From the NCBI GenBank assembly GCA_003427395.1, contig BFEA01000036.1, positions 1,348,425-1,412,424 on the forward strand: a stretch of DNA of 64,000 nt, read 5' to 3'. Positions 13,768 through 31,760 of this stretch are shown here, one piece after another. How positions within the stretch are numbered: position 1 is the first letter of the stretch; each line of letters starts with the position of its first letter. The notes under the pieces are model-generated. The model had not been told where the DNA came from, ran no database searches, and saw only the letters and a program-made list of their open reading frames with translations. The stretch comes from Chara braunii (Eukaryota > Plantae > Charophyceae). The translations under genes were made by a program, and so were the position numbers.

Positions 13768-14870
13768 TGCAATAACCCATGCAGTATGCCTCGTGGAATG
13801 TTTAGGGCCTCGCCAGGCCACCACTCAGACCCAGGCTGAAGGGGAGAAAAGACCCCTACGTGGATTCAAGGCCTGAGCGGGCGACAATTGACCAAAATCA
13901 ACTGCCCGACGTCCAACAGTCAAAGTCAAAATGGACCTAGCCCACGCCGCCGACCAGACACACACACTTGTTTGTATGCAGGTACCCATACAGCATCAGG
14001 ACCAAGTGGAAGTCTGCAAATGTACACAATCTAGGCCCTCCACTATGAGTCAATTTGTACGGCTGTGGGAGGGAGACCAGAGGCCAGACTGCCACCTCAA
14101 ACACTACATAAGGCTTGGTCTCCAAGAGGTCAACATTCAGTCTTGCTATGTTGCCTTGACACTGGCTTGACTCTAGCTGGTCGCTGGCTTAACGTTGGCT
14201 GGATGCTGGCTTGACGCTGGCTGTGCGCTGGTACTGTGGACGATGATGCGGGACTGTGGCAGCATTGCGTCTTCTCTGTTGAGCGCCAACCTTTGTTGAT
14301 GTAGCGCATGCCACTTGTCTACATTGCTAATGTGGCGCATGCCACCTGTCTACATTGCTGATGTGGCGCAGGCCATTTGTCTTCATTGCTGATGTGGCGC
14401 ATGCCACCTGTCCTTATTGCTGACGTGGCATTGGCCATGCTGTGTACATGAGGTGATTGGTCGCGACAAGGAGGGAGATCGGGATCTGTGGATGATTGGG
14501 GAACTGGTACTCACATGAGGTTGACATCGATACCGTGTACTGTTGTTTGAATTCATTCGTCTCAATGAGATGACAGTGCCATGTGGCACTTCTATGTGAT
14601 CAGGACTTGTCGAACTTGTTGCTGGATATTGATTGATGACGTGGAGGCGAGGGGAAGCCCGGAGAACTCGGAGAAGGATAGGTCAATGTAGGGCTACTCT
14701 ATTGGTGGTCATTGATTATCTATTCGACCCTCTTATCTATCTATTTTTCCTCCACTCTCTTCGTTTATTGGTAACGAGACATTGTATCAACATATTGGGG
14801 ATATTGTGCAGACCTGAGTCAACTTGTACTTTGACGTCTGACGAGTATCTTCCAATCTGGGTTCATTACA
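13768..14870 (+). repeat. 5' LTR of element C
   Basis: Direct repeat of 21420-22549 with TG..CA ends; contains an internal ~27-bp tandem array (CATTGCTGATGTGGCGCATGCCACCTGTCT-like). Confidence 0.93.
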
Positions 14871-14873
14871 ATT

Positions 14874-14885
14874 TGGTAACTGAGC
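14874..14885 (+). promoter_or_regulatory. Degenerate primer-binding site (tRNA-iMet type)
   Basis: TGGTAACTGAGC 3 nt after the LTR, versus canonical TGGTATCAGAGC. Confidence 0.7.
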
Positions 14886-16099
14886 ATACCTCCTTCATCA
14901 CGATCTGCTATCAGGTGCTGATGTGGCACCTAGGTAAGTGGGAGGTGTTGCACATGCAGGAATGAAACACGTTTATTAACGCGCGCGGTTAATACCGCAT
15001 GTCTAGACATTGAGTACCGCACGTGCGTGCAGCCTCCCTTAAAGTTGATGACGTGGTTACACTGAAGAAGATTGAGATACTGGTGAGAGCATCGTTGGCA
15101 ACAGGTTGACGTGGCGCTGGTTAAGAGAGAGAGAGTGTGTGGATACTGGGACTGCTAACGTGGCGTGCTGCCTACGTGGGATGACGTAGGGATGCTGACG
15201 TGGCATCCTACTACTATTCGCAAGGCATTGTCTGACGTCGCACGTACCTGTGTCGCGATTGCTTGCCAACAGAGCGCTTCACATTTTGAGCTGGCGTGGC
15301 ATACCAGTGTGGATGTGTTTGCAGGGCATTCATTGCTGACGTGACATCCCCCGTAGACCTTCCAGGTCATTGACGCTGACATGGTAGACTCTGCAGAGCT
15401 GCTGTGTTGGCATTCCAGGGGTGACACGTGGCATGCATGGCATGCTGCTGTGGGTGAGGTGTTGACCTTGCACATGTGTGTTGGCAGACAATATCGCTTC
15501 ACAATTTGCTGTAGTGTCACGTGTCGCCCCTTGTGTTTGGTTGCATTAGTTCTGCAGATGGTACAACCGTAGGGGAAGGAAGGCTAACTATTGATTGTTG
15601 TTGGTTGTGTTGACTTACCTGTTTGGTTGTTCTGTAGTTGATGTGCATACTGAGATGTTGTGTTGTTGTCTTGATCACACTGGCCGTGGCTGCGGGGCTT
15701 ATACACTTTTGTAGGACGTCATCACACATAGATCAGACAGCAGGAGTTAGACTAGGAGGAAATTGATTTCCATTCTTTTGAATTGATTTATTTATTTCTT
15801 GCTGTAGTAAGTCGAAACCATGTGTGATCGTGAAAATTATTATTGCTTTGTAATTATTTATTCTGCAGTAAATACATCATCTGAAAATGTCTTACCTCTA
15901 GAACTCTCTGCGTTTCTCCATTCTGACTCGCTCCATTCCTTACTTTCTCCTACCTGTCTCTGTCACCTTCTTCGTTGATGAGGAAGGTGGAGTGCAAACA
16001 CGTGGCCAGATTGACAACAGACGACAACAAATGTTGGGTCGTCTTCAATAGCTTTAGAATAAGTTGCATGACGCTGGAGTCATGGTTGAACAACACGTA

Positions 16100-19000
16100 C
16101 ACAACCAGTTCGATCTGCGTGCCGCAGAAACCGAGCTATGGAAGGCTGAAACGATTGTTCAGATGATGGAGGTCAACGGGAGAGTGCAACGGACTATTGA
16201 TCAGGGCCGAATGACCCTTGACCAATATTTCGTTTAGGAGCTGGCGAAGATTGCTGGTAATGTGCCGAAAGGAGAAGGGGAAGTGAAAGAAGAAAAAAAG
16301 GAAAGAAGTGCAAATGCTTGAACTGTCTGAGGAATTGATGATGACAAACATTAGACAATTAGAAGAGACACTAGATGCAGGAAAGAGAAAGATTGAAGAG
16401 TACCGAAGGACAAAAATCGAAAAAAAAAAAGTGAGAAAGGAAAGGAGAAGAAACCAAACAACAATTTCATTTTGAAGGAACAGAAACTGACCTTGCATTT
16501 GTTCTTCATAACTTGATGGACCACCTTGCACGCCTCGAATTGGAGATTGATAGTAACACCGCCGCGGTGGAGACAATGACTAGACTGATCAAAGAGAAAG
16601 ATAAGGTGGTGTATGGCGAGGTTGCCAAGGGGGGAAAGAAGATAGAACCCCAAGACAATTTAATGAAAAATACAATGAAAATCACGAAAGTAACGCCGAA
16701 GAAATCGGACGGTTCCAAGAAGGAATCCGAGAAGCCAGCAGAAAAGAAAGAAGAACCCGCAAAAAAGAAAGAACCGGCCAAGAAAGTAGAAAAACCGAAA
16801 AGGAAGGAGAAGGTGAAGATAAAATTGTCGTTCACCTCCAACAATAAAAAGGAATAAAATTTATTATTGTGGATTGCTGAAATCCAGACCTATTGCACCA
16901 CCGCTCCTGTTGAGCCCGAGAATCGGGTGGCCTTCTCTACGTCGTGTTTGGGAGGAGTGTTTAAGGAGTGGGTACTATCCAAACCTAACGCTGTTGGCTT
17001 TGAGGACATTGATGAGTGGACAAAGACCTTGACTCTCCGATAATTTCTCCAAAAGATTAGGGATATATTCTTGGATAAGATGACGACCGATATTACCTTT
17101 GATGAACTCACCACCATAGCCACAAGCGTTGAACGTCTGTGGATGCTTTGTCACGTGAAGTGGACCGTCTCTTGCAGGTACCTGGATTAAACTTGCAGTA
17201 TAACCAGGTTCTATATATATATTCACGTGCTTTGTCCGCACCCATTTGCGGACAGCTCGTGGCAGAAGCAAAGTCTGGAAAATACAACCATAGGCAATTT
17301 TGCGATCGTGCTCTCCAACGAGAGCAGATGCTCACTCAGGTAAAGGGCACATATGCCTCAGTGGTAAAGTCTAGACTGGTTGGTGGGTATGACAAGCGGG
17401 TCCCAGGAGCATATACTCATCGTCTTTGACGATGAGACCATAGAGAAGTTACCCTTTGACGAGTCTGAGGAAGGAGGAGGTAATGTCGGCAGCGAGTTTG
17501 GGAAGGGTGACATCGCTGCTGTAGTGGCCAACAAGGGTGACCTAAGTCAGTGGAAGAAGAAAAGGCAGCCACGCTCATTTCCCGAGCATCCCGACATCAC
17601 ATATGGAAAGCCCTGGGAAAATATGGGAATGACACGTGAGGAGTGACAGTCCAAGATCGACAACCGTCAGTGCCTCAAGTGCCGAAACGTAGGACACGTG
17701 ATAGCCTGGTGTCCTTTGATTAGAAACCCAAAAGCGAGTAGCCAGTAGGAGTAACATCTGTTCCTACTGAGTTGAAGGGTTTAGACAAAGATAAGGCACC
17801 GACAACCCCTAATGGCAGAGGATGACTCTTCTTCGACCCGTCGTCCAGAGCACCCCGACACTGTTTTTTGTTCAGTCTCACTGGATGATTCCCTTGACAA
17901 GCTTGACAATGAACTCATAGCACTTCAGAGATCGTGGGCTAAGAAAGCTAAGTTTAAGGGTGAACTCGTGATCCCAGATATCGAGATTGCACATACGCGA
18001 GTAGGTGCACTTTTAGACCGAGGATCGACGCGGTCTTACATCTCAGGAAAGACAATTCGCAAATTGCATCTGGGAATGAAGGTAAGAGGCTTACCTAGAC
18101 CTATCACGTCTATGCTGGCTGACAAGAGCACGATCATTGTCTCGCAATACGTCGATCGTGTCAAGTGTTACTTTAGGACTAAGGAAGGAAATAAAATTTT
18201 GCATGAGATATCCTTCCTCATTGAAAAAAATATACCTTTTAACACGATTCTGGGGATGGATTGACACGAGGACGTCCAACCAAAAGCCAGGTTCAAAGAA
18301 AAAATTATAAAACTAAAGGGCGAAAAGTACGAAATGCGAGCGATCAAGTTCTACCATAGGTCTGACTCTGACTCAACCTTGTTTTTCTGTTGTATGAGTT
18401 ACCCAACCTTCAGATCGATGGTCGCTAGGAAAAAGTTGGATCCAGATGACATTGATGATAGTACTCATTAAAGGAGTAGGAGAATGTTCCTCATCCTATC
18501 CTCCTTCGATTGAAAAAACTTATCGAGGAATATAAAGATTTGCAGATTGAGTCTATGAGAATCACTAAGCGTGCTATTAAACACACGATCAAGATTTTTC
18601 CGAAAGTAAGATTTCCAAGAGTCTCATCTACCGTATGTTTCATAGGGAACTTGAGAAACTTCGCAAACAACTGCAAAAATTTATGGATAAAGGATGGATT
18701 CGCCCTAGCTCATCTCCTTACTGTGTCTCTGTCTTATTCATGCCCAAAAAGGAAAGGTGAACTTAGATTATGCATTGATTATTGTGGGCTGAATTTCGTC
18801 ATTGTAAAGAACACGGAACCACTTACGCGCATTGACGACTTGTCGGACCAATCGCAAGGATACAACTACTTCAGTACAATCGATCTCATGTCAAGGTACC
18901 ACCAGATCGAGGTGGTTCCTGAAGATTAACACAAGACAACTTTCCAAACCGGATATGGTCACTACGAGTTTGTGGTTATGCCTTTCGGTTTGACTAATTC

Positions 19001-21360
19001 ACCTGCGATCTTTCAAAGGTCAATGAATGAATCGTTTCGTCAACGGTTGGATCAATTTGTAGCAGTCTATTGCGATGACATTCTAGTGTATAGTAAGACA
19101 CTAGAAGATCACAAGAAACATCTACGAATGGTTTTGCAAAAATTGCGCGAGGGCAATTTCAAACTGAACTAAAAAAAGCCTAAGTTTGTTAAACCCGAAG
19201 TCTTTTACTTAGGGCATATAGTGAATGAAGAGGGACTAAGGCCTGAAGAAAAAAAGATAACAACAATTAGAGATTGACCCCAGCCTAAGACTATAACTAA
19301 GTTAAGATCTTTTATAGGACTTGCTAGTTATCATAGGAAGTTCGTCATAAACTTCTTTTTGATAGATGCTCCTATGAGAAGACTTCTGAAGAAATAAAAG
19401 TATTGGTTGTGGGACAACGTCTGTGAGTCGTAGTTCAGGAAGTTTAAACATTTACTGACTTACTACCCTGTCCTAAAAATTGTTGATCCTTTTCTCTCTT
19501 TCATCGTCACAACTGACGCAAGTCAGTATAAGATTGGAGTTGTGCTACAGTAGGACGACGGCACGGGATATAGACCTATTGACTTTATGTTCAGAAGACT
19601 TTCGTCACAAAAGTGACCAACTCCACCTACGAAAGAGAATTGTATGCCTTAGTTATTGCACTGGACACCTGGAAACACTACTTGTTAGGGAGATACTTCA
19701 CTGTCTACTCAGACCATTCTACTGTGAAGTGAATCAAGACTCAACCTAGACTCTCTGATAAGTTAGTTAAATGGTCCGCATTCATCGACATCTTTGACTT
19801 TGAATTGAAATCAATCAAAGAAAAGTCTAATGCGGTTGCGGATGCTTTGTTAAGGCATGCAAATTTCTTTGGAACTATTATCTCCTACCTCAATATCGGG
19901 AATGAACCGAATGAATAAATTAGAAAGGGATATGATAGTGATCCTATTTGGAGTCCTATCATCGAGACTCTAAGAAAGAACCTTGAACTATTTCCAGAAT
20001 ATCGAATGGATGATGACTTACTCTTCTACCTAGATAAAACCGAAAAAAAAATTATGTATTCCTCATCAAGAACAAAATCAAAAGTCTAATCATTGGGGAA
20101 TATCATGATGTTAAGGGTCACTTTGGTTTTAAGAAGATGTATACTGATATATGAAAATGCTTTGAATGGAAAGGAATGAAAGAGGATGTACTAACCTATG
20201 TGCGGACTTGTCTTGTCTGTCAGAGAAACAAACCCTCACATGAGAATCCTTTGGGATTATTGAGACTACCGCCTATTCCAAGTGAGTCTATCTCCATAAA
20301 CTTTATGAGTCTCACTAAAACTCAAAATGGCATCAGTCAGGTAATTGTCATTATCGATAGATTATCAAAATATGCTATGTTCATTCCTTTGCCAGCCGAA
20401 GCTAAAACTGAATTGATCATCAGAAGTTCCAGATGTGATGGGTTTCTGAGTATGGATTTCCGAAAACTTTTGTTTCTGACAGGGATGTTCTGTTCACTAG
20501 TCTATAGTGACAAAAGTTGATGGAAATCTATGGTACCACGTTGACCATGTCGTCAGGTAGACATCCTGAAACGAATGGCCAAACTGAACAAATGAACCGT
20601 CTGTGCCAACAACTTTTGCGCATATATGTTCGACCCGATCGAATAGATTGAGATTATAACTTACCTAAGATTGTTAGTGTCTATAATAACAGTATACATA
20701 CTGTTACAGGTAGAACGCTTAATGCACTGCATAACGGTTGGAGACCTCGACGTCCCATGGATGCTTTAACTCACGACCAGATTCAAAGGTTACCTGTAGG
20801 AACCCGTGAATTTGCAGTTTTGTATGACGAAGATATTAGGAAAGTGAAGAAAAACATACAAAAAACCCAGCTATAGATGATTGAGCACGCCAATAAACAT
20901 CTTAGGCCTTCACGGTTTCAAGAAGGAGATCTCATATGGTTAAGTGTAAAAAGTTTTCCCTGGAAGAAAATGTGTCTAAAAAATTGTTCTCTGTCTATTA
21001 CGGACCTTGGGAAGTTTTCAAGGTAATTGGGGATGCAGATGGACCTTCCTACCGATTAGATGTAGCCCCACACCTGAGGATGAATCCTGTCTTTCATGCC
21101 TCTAAAACTCCTGCTATATGTAGAGGGAACTGAGTTTTCCTAATAGACCATCTATGTTCCCCCCTTCCTTGAATGGAGGTTACGAAGTTGAGAAGATTTT
21201 GAAACATGGCTATTTCTCTACAGGCGGCAAAGGACGACCGCAAAAGCAATATAAGCCTATAAGGTGAAGTTCAAGTCTCAACCCCCTATTGAAGCTAGAT
21301 GGTTTAGTAAAAAGGAACTCTTACCTATAGCTCCTGATATTATTTGTTGCATATAAACGT
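16100..21360 (+). pseudogene. gag-pol of element C (multiple stops and frameshifts)
   Basis: Knuckle CLKCRNVGHVIAWC (~17670); protease ALLDRGSTRSYI; [33 protein letters not shown]; RNase H VTTDAS; integrase VRTCLVCQRNK, HPETNGQTE; chromodomain-like YEVEKILKH (~21181). Ends approximate. Confidence 0.92.
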
Positions 21361-21419
21361 GGGTTGAAAGAAAATCGATGTGTTTCTGTGATGAAACTGG
21401 AAAATTGGGCCGGCAGGAA

Positions 21420-22549
21420 TGCAATAGCCCATGCACTATGCCTCGTGGAATGTCTAAGGGCCTCGCCAGGCCACCACTTAGACCCAGGCCGGAGGAAAGA
21501 AAAGACCCCTACGTGGATTTAGAGCCTGAGCGGGCGACAATTGACCAAAGTCAACTGTCCGACGTCCAACAGTCAAAGTCAAAATGGACCCAACCCAGAC
21601 CATTGGTCAGACGCACACACTTGTTTGTATGCAGGTACCCAGACAACATCAAAACCAAGTGGAAGTCATCATTGCTCTGCAACTGTACACAATCCAGACC
21701 CTCTACTGTGAGTCAATCTGTAAGACTGTGGGAGGGAGACCTGAGGCCAGACTGCCTCGTCAAACACTACATAAGGCTTGGTCTCCAGGAGGTCAACATT
21801 CAGTCTTGCTATGCGGCCTCGACGCTGGCTTGACTCTAGCTGGTCGCTGGCTTGAGGCTGGCTCGACGTTGGCTCGACTCGGGCTGGATGCTGGCTTGAT
21901 GCTGGCTGTGCGCTGGTAATGTGGACGATGACGCGGGACTGTGGCAGCATGCTGGCGCCTTCTCTGCTGAGCGCCAGCCTCTGCTGATGTGGTGCATGCC
22001 ACCTGTCTGCATTGCTGATGTGGCGCAGGCCATCTATCTTCATTGCTGATGTGGCACATGCCACCTGTCTACATTGCTGATGTGGCACATGCCACCTGTC
22101 TCTATTGCTGACGTGGCACTGGCCACGTTGTCTACATGAGGTGATTGGTCGTGACAAGGAGGGAGATCGGGATCTGTGAATGATTGGGGAACTGGTACTC
22201 GCCTGAGGTTGACATCGATACCATGTACTGCTGTTTGTCTTCATTCGTCTCGATGAGATGACAGTGCCATGTGGCACTTCTATGTGATCAGGGCTTGTCG
22301 GACTTGTTACTAGATATTGATTGACGACGTGGAGGCGAGGGGAAGCCCGGAGAAGGAGTGGGCAATGTTGGGCTACTCTATTGGTGGTCATTGATTATCT
22401 CTTCCACCCTCTTATCTGTCTATTCTCCCTCCACTCTCATCGTCTATTGGTAACGAGACACTGTATCAGCATATTGGAGACATTGTGCAGACCTGAGTCA
22501 ACTTGTACTTCGACGTCTGACGGGTATCTTCCAGTCTGGGTTCATTACA
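21420..22549 (+). repeat. 3' LTR of element C
   Basis: Direct repeat of 13768-14870, preceded by a purine-rich tract. Confidence 0.93.
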
Positions 22550-23048
22550 TGTATGTCTGATCAGAGCCCCGTGAGGCCTCATGCCTCACATAATTATTAT
22601 GATTTTATTATTTTTATATTATTAGTATTTTATTACTATTTTTATATTATTATGATTTTATATTTTATATTTTATATTTTATATTATTATTATTAGTATT
22701 AGTATTATTATTATTATAAGGGACAGCTCCTAACACTAAAAGAAAACAGAATAATGGCAGCCCAGTGCGCAAGGCTGGTTCTCAAATATGACTATGCAAA
22801 ATATAACTCAACGCACACACACCTCGTCCCATCAATGCTGGCAGAGCCATGGCCACTGCCTTCTCATTCCATCCGGTTTCGAACCCATGAGCTGTTTGCT
22901 CATAAACAGTTACATGTTTGCACCGTTCAGCCACATGGGCTGGGCCACCACGAAAATTATGATCCCTATGGGCATCAGCCACATCGCAAATTTACAGCAA
23001 ACAGGGTGGTAGCCCTGCGGATGTCGACCCGGCATTCTCAAACATAAA

Positions 23049-23887
23049 GGGTCTCGCAGCTGACTCTCGCTCCACTACTCTAGACTCTCCAAGTTTCAAG
23101 AGTAACGCCTCGCTCCACTTACTCTAGACTGGAACTCGTGACAACACCCTTCAAGAGCTGTCAGAAAGCACTCTTGAAGGGCACTCTCTATTTGTATAGA
23201 GTTCACAGCCTGCAAAGCTCACAAATTCTAGAGTTCTCCCTCCTACCCCCGCTCCGGCCTCTTTTTTCGTGAGTGTGTCTCCTGCCGCGACTGTCAGAAG
23301 GAGCTAGCGCTGTCGTGTAGCGCTGTAGAAGCGCTCACAAAAATCGTGAGTACTCATGCTTGGCTTGGGACCCGCTTGTGAGTGGGACAGTGGACGAAAC
23401 AGACTTGCGGGGGAACCGTTCGGACGAGGGGCGCCCACAACATGACAACTTGAAAGGCGCTCACCGGAATGTATCCACCGCTAAAACATGGCCATATGCA
23501 GTCGCTGTTTTTTTTTTTTTTAACGCATTCGAATCGCTCTTCCACCTCCTGAAGCCTGTTTCCTTCAACTTGCACTGTGGGCGATTGGGACCCTTGGAGA
23601 CCCGTCATCCCATGGCTCTAAAATTCAAGGTTGGCGGAGCTGCGCCCCACGGAAGGTGCCATCTCGAAAGCGGAACCCGCTGGGGAGGTTCGGTACTCTT
23701 GCAGTCCAGTTTCGAGAGTGACCGGCCTCGCTCCACTTACTCTAGAAACGGTGTCAGAAATTTGTGAGTGCTTCTTCAGTCTAGAGTAAGTGGAGCGATG
23801 CCTCCTTTTTCACGTGTTCTAGACCTCTGACAGCTCTAGAAGCACTCACGGATTTTTTCGTGAGTCGAGAGTAGTGGAGCGAGGCCC
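23049..23887. mobile_element. Non-autonomous PIF/Harbinger (Tourist-like) element, long form
   Basis: GGGTCTCGC..GCGAGGCCC ends, TSD AAA, repeated CTCGCTCCACT(T)ACTC subterminal motif; homologous to 46087-46514. Confidence 0.85.
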
Positions 23888-25021
23888 AAAATATAAAGGA
23901 GGGACATTCAGCTGGCTTGACAAGTGCTTCAGACCAGCTTGAAAGCAATCATGTGTTGAGATCAGTGAGATGTCTTTAGACTTTTTCCCATCCAATATTG
24001 AAAATTCAAAAACATTGGATGTCATAGAAAAAAAAAAAAAAAAAGTTCATTTCAATCTGCAATTACGAGTCTTGCAAAGCGACGACTTGCACACACACAC
24101 ACAGTGACACTGGCCCCACACATACATACTCAGGGTGTAATCCCGCTAGGGCTCCCTTGAAAGATATCTGAACATAACTGCAGTCAGAGAAATACAGGAC
24201 CAGGCATTTTTGTGGTCAGATACATCCGTGAAAGCCCTTAGCTTTTTTTTTTTCTTTTTTTTTTTTGGAAGTGTAATATGATCTCAGTCAAGTCTGAGGT
24301 TTGGCACAGTTTTTATCTCAGGGGCAGGCAGGGCCCACAGGTAGCTGCTAATATGAGTATTTGATGGTCAGGAAGTATGAACCTTGCCCATAGAAAGGGC
24401 TAGGTTCCATCTTCATTCTGAACCTATCATTACCACTAGTAGGGGCTGACCCTTTGCCACTCTCACATGATCTATCCCAATCATCGAGGACAGTCCATTG
24501 TCATTAGGCCAGCCCAGCCTGCAGATATCTTTTTTTTTTTTTTTTTTTTTTCAACTGCAGATATCAATGGTGCGGTAGAGCCAACACCATGCTCCCAATT
24601 ATGTGGGGGGGCAGTACATTTTTTTTTATTTATTTATTTATTTTTTTTTGTGGTGGGCGAACCAGCCGACTGCAGTCTGTTTGTTCATACATCGGCAGAA
24701 ATTAGAACAGCTGAATGGTGCGGAAGAGCGGGCAACAGCATCATGCTCTTGCAGCCACTTGCCGTTTCGAAAAGGTATTATCTATCCATCATCCTGCGCC
24801 GTGCGCCTGCCGTCCTGACAACAGGCTCCTGCTGCCTTCTGAATCATTGGTTCCTGCTATTTTTTAGGCGTAGCTTCTGTCATTATTGAGTCCATCCAGT
24901 TCTGCTTCCGGATTCGAACTCTTCATCTGTATGTGACTAACAGTTACATGGGTGTACCAATCAGTCAAATGGCTGGGTACAGGCTACGGCAGTTCTCATG
25001 CTTGTCAGCTGCCATATATCT

Positions 25022-25100
25022 TTTTTTTCTTTTTTTAATTATTATATTTATTTGGACCATTTCTCAATTTATGCGTGTCATTCTTGCGCAGGACATCCGT

Positions 25101-25132
<32 letters not shown>

Positions 25133-25141
25133 GGCCCCTGC
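25022..25141 (-). pseudogene. U6: U6 snRNA retropseudogene with 5' inversion
   Basis: 25051-25092 is the reverse complement of the U6 3' half; 25091-25143 is the U6 5' half in forward orientation (ACAGAGAAGATTAGCATGGCCCCTGCGC). A-rich tail on minus at 25022-25050. 14-bp TSD GCTGCCATATATCT at 25008-25021 and 25142-25155. Confidence 0.95.
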
Positions 25142-25214
25142 GCTGCCATATATCTAACAAAATGCCTGCGGCTCCTATCAGCACCCTTAGCATCAGCCCC
25201 GGCTGTTCACATTA

Positions 25215-25778
25215 GGGTTGTGCCAGTCTCACCAAGTATCCCCGTGTTTTTTAGACTGAGTGTTCGCATATAGTCGGCAGTACTGTTGTTTTGTTCCTTG
25301 GTCTCGTTCTTCGGCTGGACAGGGTCCTTTTGTCAGTTTGGGTCAGACTGGGCCCTTTGTCTATGATGGTTCGGGTAGGATTAGGTCATGACCCCTCCGG
25401 TGATCCCTGAACCTTAATCAGCAGCAGATGGTTTGGGATTTAAGACTTTTGTGTGTTTGAGTAGGATACCCGGACCTGGACGGTACCGGGCCTGGTAGTG
25501 GGTAGCATGTTTTGACACTGTACCGAGCAGACAGAGATTATATAGTGTGTGGGCACGACTTTCTCGACCTCTTACGGAACACTCACTGCCCGGCGATGAT
25601 CGTTGGGTGGTTCCTGGGATCGTGGAATGTCAATTTGCCGCAATTTTCGAGGTTTTTTGTTCTTACACACTATGCTGTCCAGTCACCCGCTTCTTGGTGT
25701 GTGTCGACTTCCAGTCACCCGCTTCTTGGCGTGTGTTGACTTGACTCTCATGTGTGCTTGAGATGTGATATGATGCTG
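25215..25778 (+). repeat. Left pseudo-LTR of the Penelope-like element
   Basis: Direct repeat of 36221-36810. Confidence 0.9.
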
Positions 25779-26903
25779 TCTATTGCACGGCGTGTGAGCG
25801 ATCCTGGAGTCAAGTAGCCAGGATAAGTGAGCACAAGTGACTTGGTTACTTGGTTACTTCGATACCTTTACTTTGTTCTAATTGGTGCCACTTCGAGCGG
25901 TGTTCTTTCCGTACACGTGTCACTTCGTCCATGTCGTCTACTACCAAGCGCTGGAGCTACGGCTTTTGCAGCTGGGTGGACTTTTTCTCGTGGTTGACCT
26001 CCGTGGTCCTCCATCCAAGGAATGGCTGGACACGGGGATAATCATGACTTTGGGGGCAGCAGTCGCAATCAGGGTGGAGGCGGATGGGACTACGGCGGAC
26101 ATCGCGAGTATGGCGGAGGACATCGAGGTTATGCGAGCGATCGTGGTGATAGTGGCGACAGAGGTTACGATGGTGACCGGAGGTCCGGTGGGGAGCGGAT
26201 CTTTGATCGAGGCCTGTGGCCGGGACCCCCTATCTGTTTCAATTGCGATGAGCCAGGCCACTATGCGAATCAGTGTTCGCATCCAAGGTGGAACTCACAT
26301 CCTTCGACATCGGCAAGCCGTGGTGGCTCTAGCCCTCCTAATAGACCGAACTTCAGCAGGTGCCAGCTATTGGACCCTCTGGAATCCAAAGTAGCTGAGA
26401 TTGGTAAGAGTGTTGCTGCAGTTTGCCAGTATGTCGAAGTGGAACAGCAGAAGATGGCTGCAAAAGAGCGCTGTGAGGAACTACTTTCTGCAACCACGCG
26501 ATCTTCTGCGCGAGGCTACGGCGGGAGTTGAAGTTGGTTGAGTCGGGATGGCCTGGTGAATTGCGTGGATGCCCTTGCTTTATGCGTCCTTGTGTTTTCG
26601 CGTCCTTTTGGAAAGGGGGGTTGGGGCTGGCCTGACAGTGGTCCCACTACGGTTGATAGTTGATCGTGCCTTAGTGAGCGCGATGAATAATGGTTGCCAT
26701 AGCTTCTTTCTTGTTCTGCTGTGGGAAAGGGGAATTTTGGCGTGATTGTCGTGCAGGGAAATCTTTTTGAATTTTCAACTGATGTCGAGCCCCTGTGGGC
26801 TCTCGGAATTTGTTTCGTTTGGATTTTCTTTTTGCAACTAGGATTTAGACTACGAATTTGGGCACATCTCAATTTCTGCTGCGCGGCGCTTCCTGCTTGC
26901 GCA

Positions 26904-30591
<3,688 letters not shown>

Positions 30592-31142
30592 TCAGGAACT
30601 GTGTTCTGACTTTTCCACGCCTTAATCCCGTGTGTAACTGTAATCTTTGTTTTGGCGGGCGTGATTGCAACTGTAATCTTCTCGTTCTTGATATTTTTTG
30701 TGACGCCGTTACGCGCGTATATCCCCCCCCATCCTATTGGCCTGAACGCCTGCATGACTGGATTGATGTGTGGAGTGTATGTCCCCCATGCCGCGGCCTG
30801 GCCATGCAGGCGTAGGCGCCTCCATCCTCCTTCTTCCTCCCACCTAAACATGATCCCGAGTATCTCGTGCAAAGCATGCATGGTATAAATTTCACAAGCG
30901 CGATTAATTCCCTCTCTAAGACTTTTTGAAGTTAGCGTGGTCGAGAGGATCAGCTAACGAGCAGGAGCTAGAAGGTGAGTAGAGAGTTGGGCGATCCGAC
31001 GAGCTGGTGCTCGGCGTGCGGGGTTGACGTGGGGCCGCGACGGAGTGTGGCACACGGGCGAACCTGACAGGCATGCCCGGGCTAAGTGGGGTGACAACTC
31101 GGCGTAGGTGCGAGGCGACGGGCTGCCCTCATCGAGATGTTG

Positions 31143-31232
<90 letters not shown>

Positions 31233-31760
31233 TGGGATGTGTTGTGGTGGTGATCTCTTCTATCCCTCCGAATGATTTTGGCCCTTCTTCTATCTTTCTG
31301 AGCAATTTTGATATCCGGCGCTAGACGCCCTTGTCTTTTTCTAAATCGTTTTTTTGGATTTTTCGCCTGTTTCTTTTCAAGACTGATGCATGGCTCTCTT
31401 CCCCCACTTTCTGTCTTTTTGAATCGGCAATTCTGATGGAATGATTGTCAGCAATCGGGGCTTGCCACAAGACTTGTCGCACGATCCTCTGTCCTTTCTG
31501 ATTGTATGTAGGCTAGCTGCATGACTAATAGATAGGTGTGATGCTTTCTGTGTATGGAATAGGTAGGCATGATAGATGAACATCTCTAGGAAAACGACGC
31601 AACGCGTGTCTTGCTGGTTTCTCTTTCCTACCCAACCGAGGGCAGGCTCCGTGCACGCGCATGTAAGCCCGATCGAAATGATCGCTGCCTACGTGCGCGC
31701 CTGCGAAACCCGAACCCAACCAACCTCTCGAATGACGGGGTTTTCTTCCTCGCTCACAAC

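Larger units (their letters stand above)
13768..22549 (+). mobile_element. Full-length degenerate chromoviral Ty3/Gypsy LTR retrotransposon (element C)
   Basis: LTRs 13768-14870 and 21420-22549 (TGCAATA..CATTACA). 4-bp TSD TGTA at 13764-13767 and 22550-22553. Domain order gag-PR-RT-RH-IN-chromo. Confidence 0.95.
8720..22590 (-). mobile_element. Degenerate Ty3/Gypsy element A (terminal region, leader and gag; truncated before pol), interrupted by element C and a foldback
   Basis: Gag pieces KPPTVFTGDKKDEALDTWL (9794-10030) and zinc knuckle CINCSEYGHQQFKC (~9140-9180). 11470-13767 plus 22554-22590 is colinear with 55670-58047. The terminus CCTCACA (TGTGAGG on minus) is at 22590. Left boundary approximate. 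Confidence 0.8.

Noticed and set aside
24660-24930. Possible host exon
   Set aside because: Stops in the frames tested after the putative minus-strand acceptor, and no recognisable protein.
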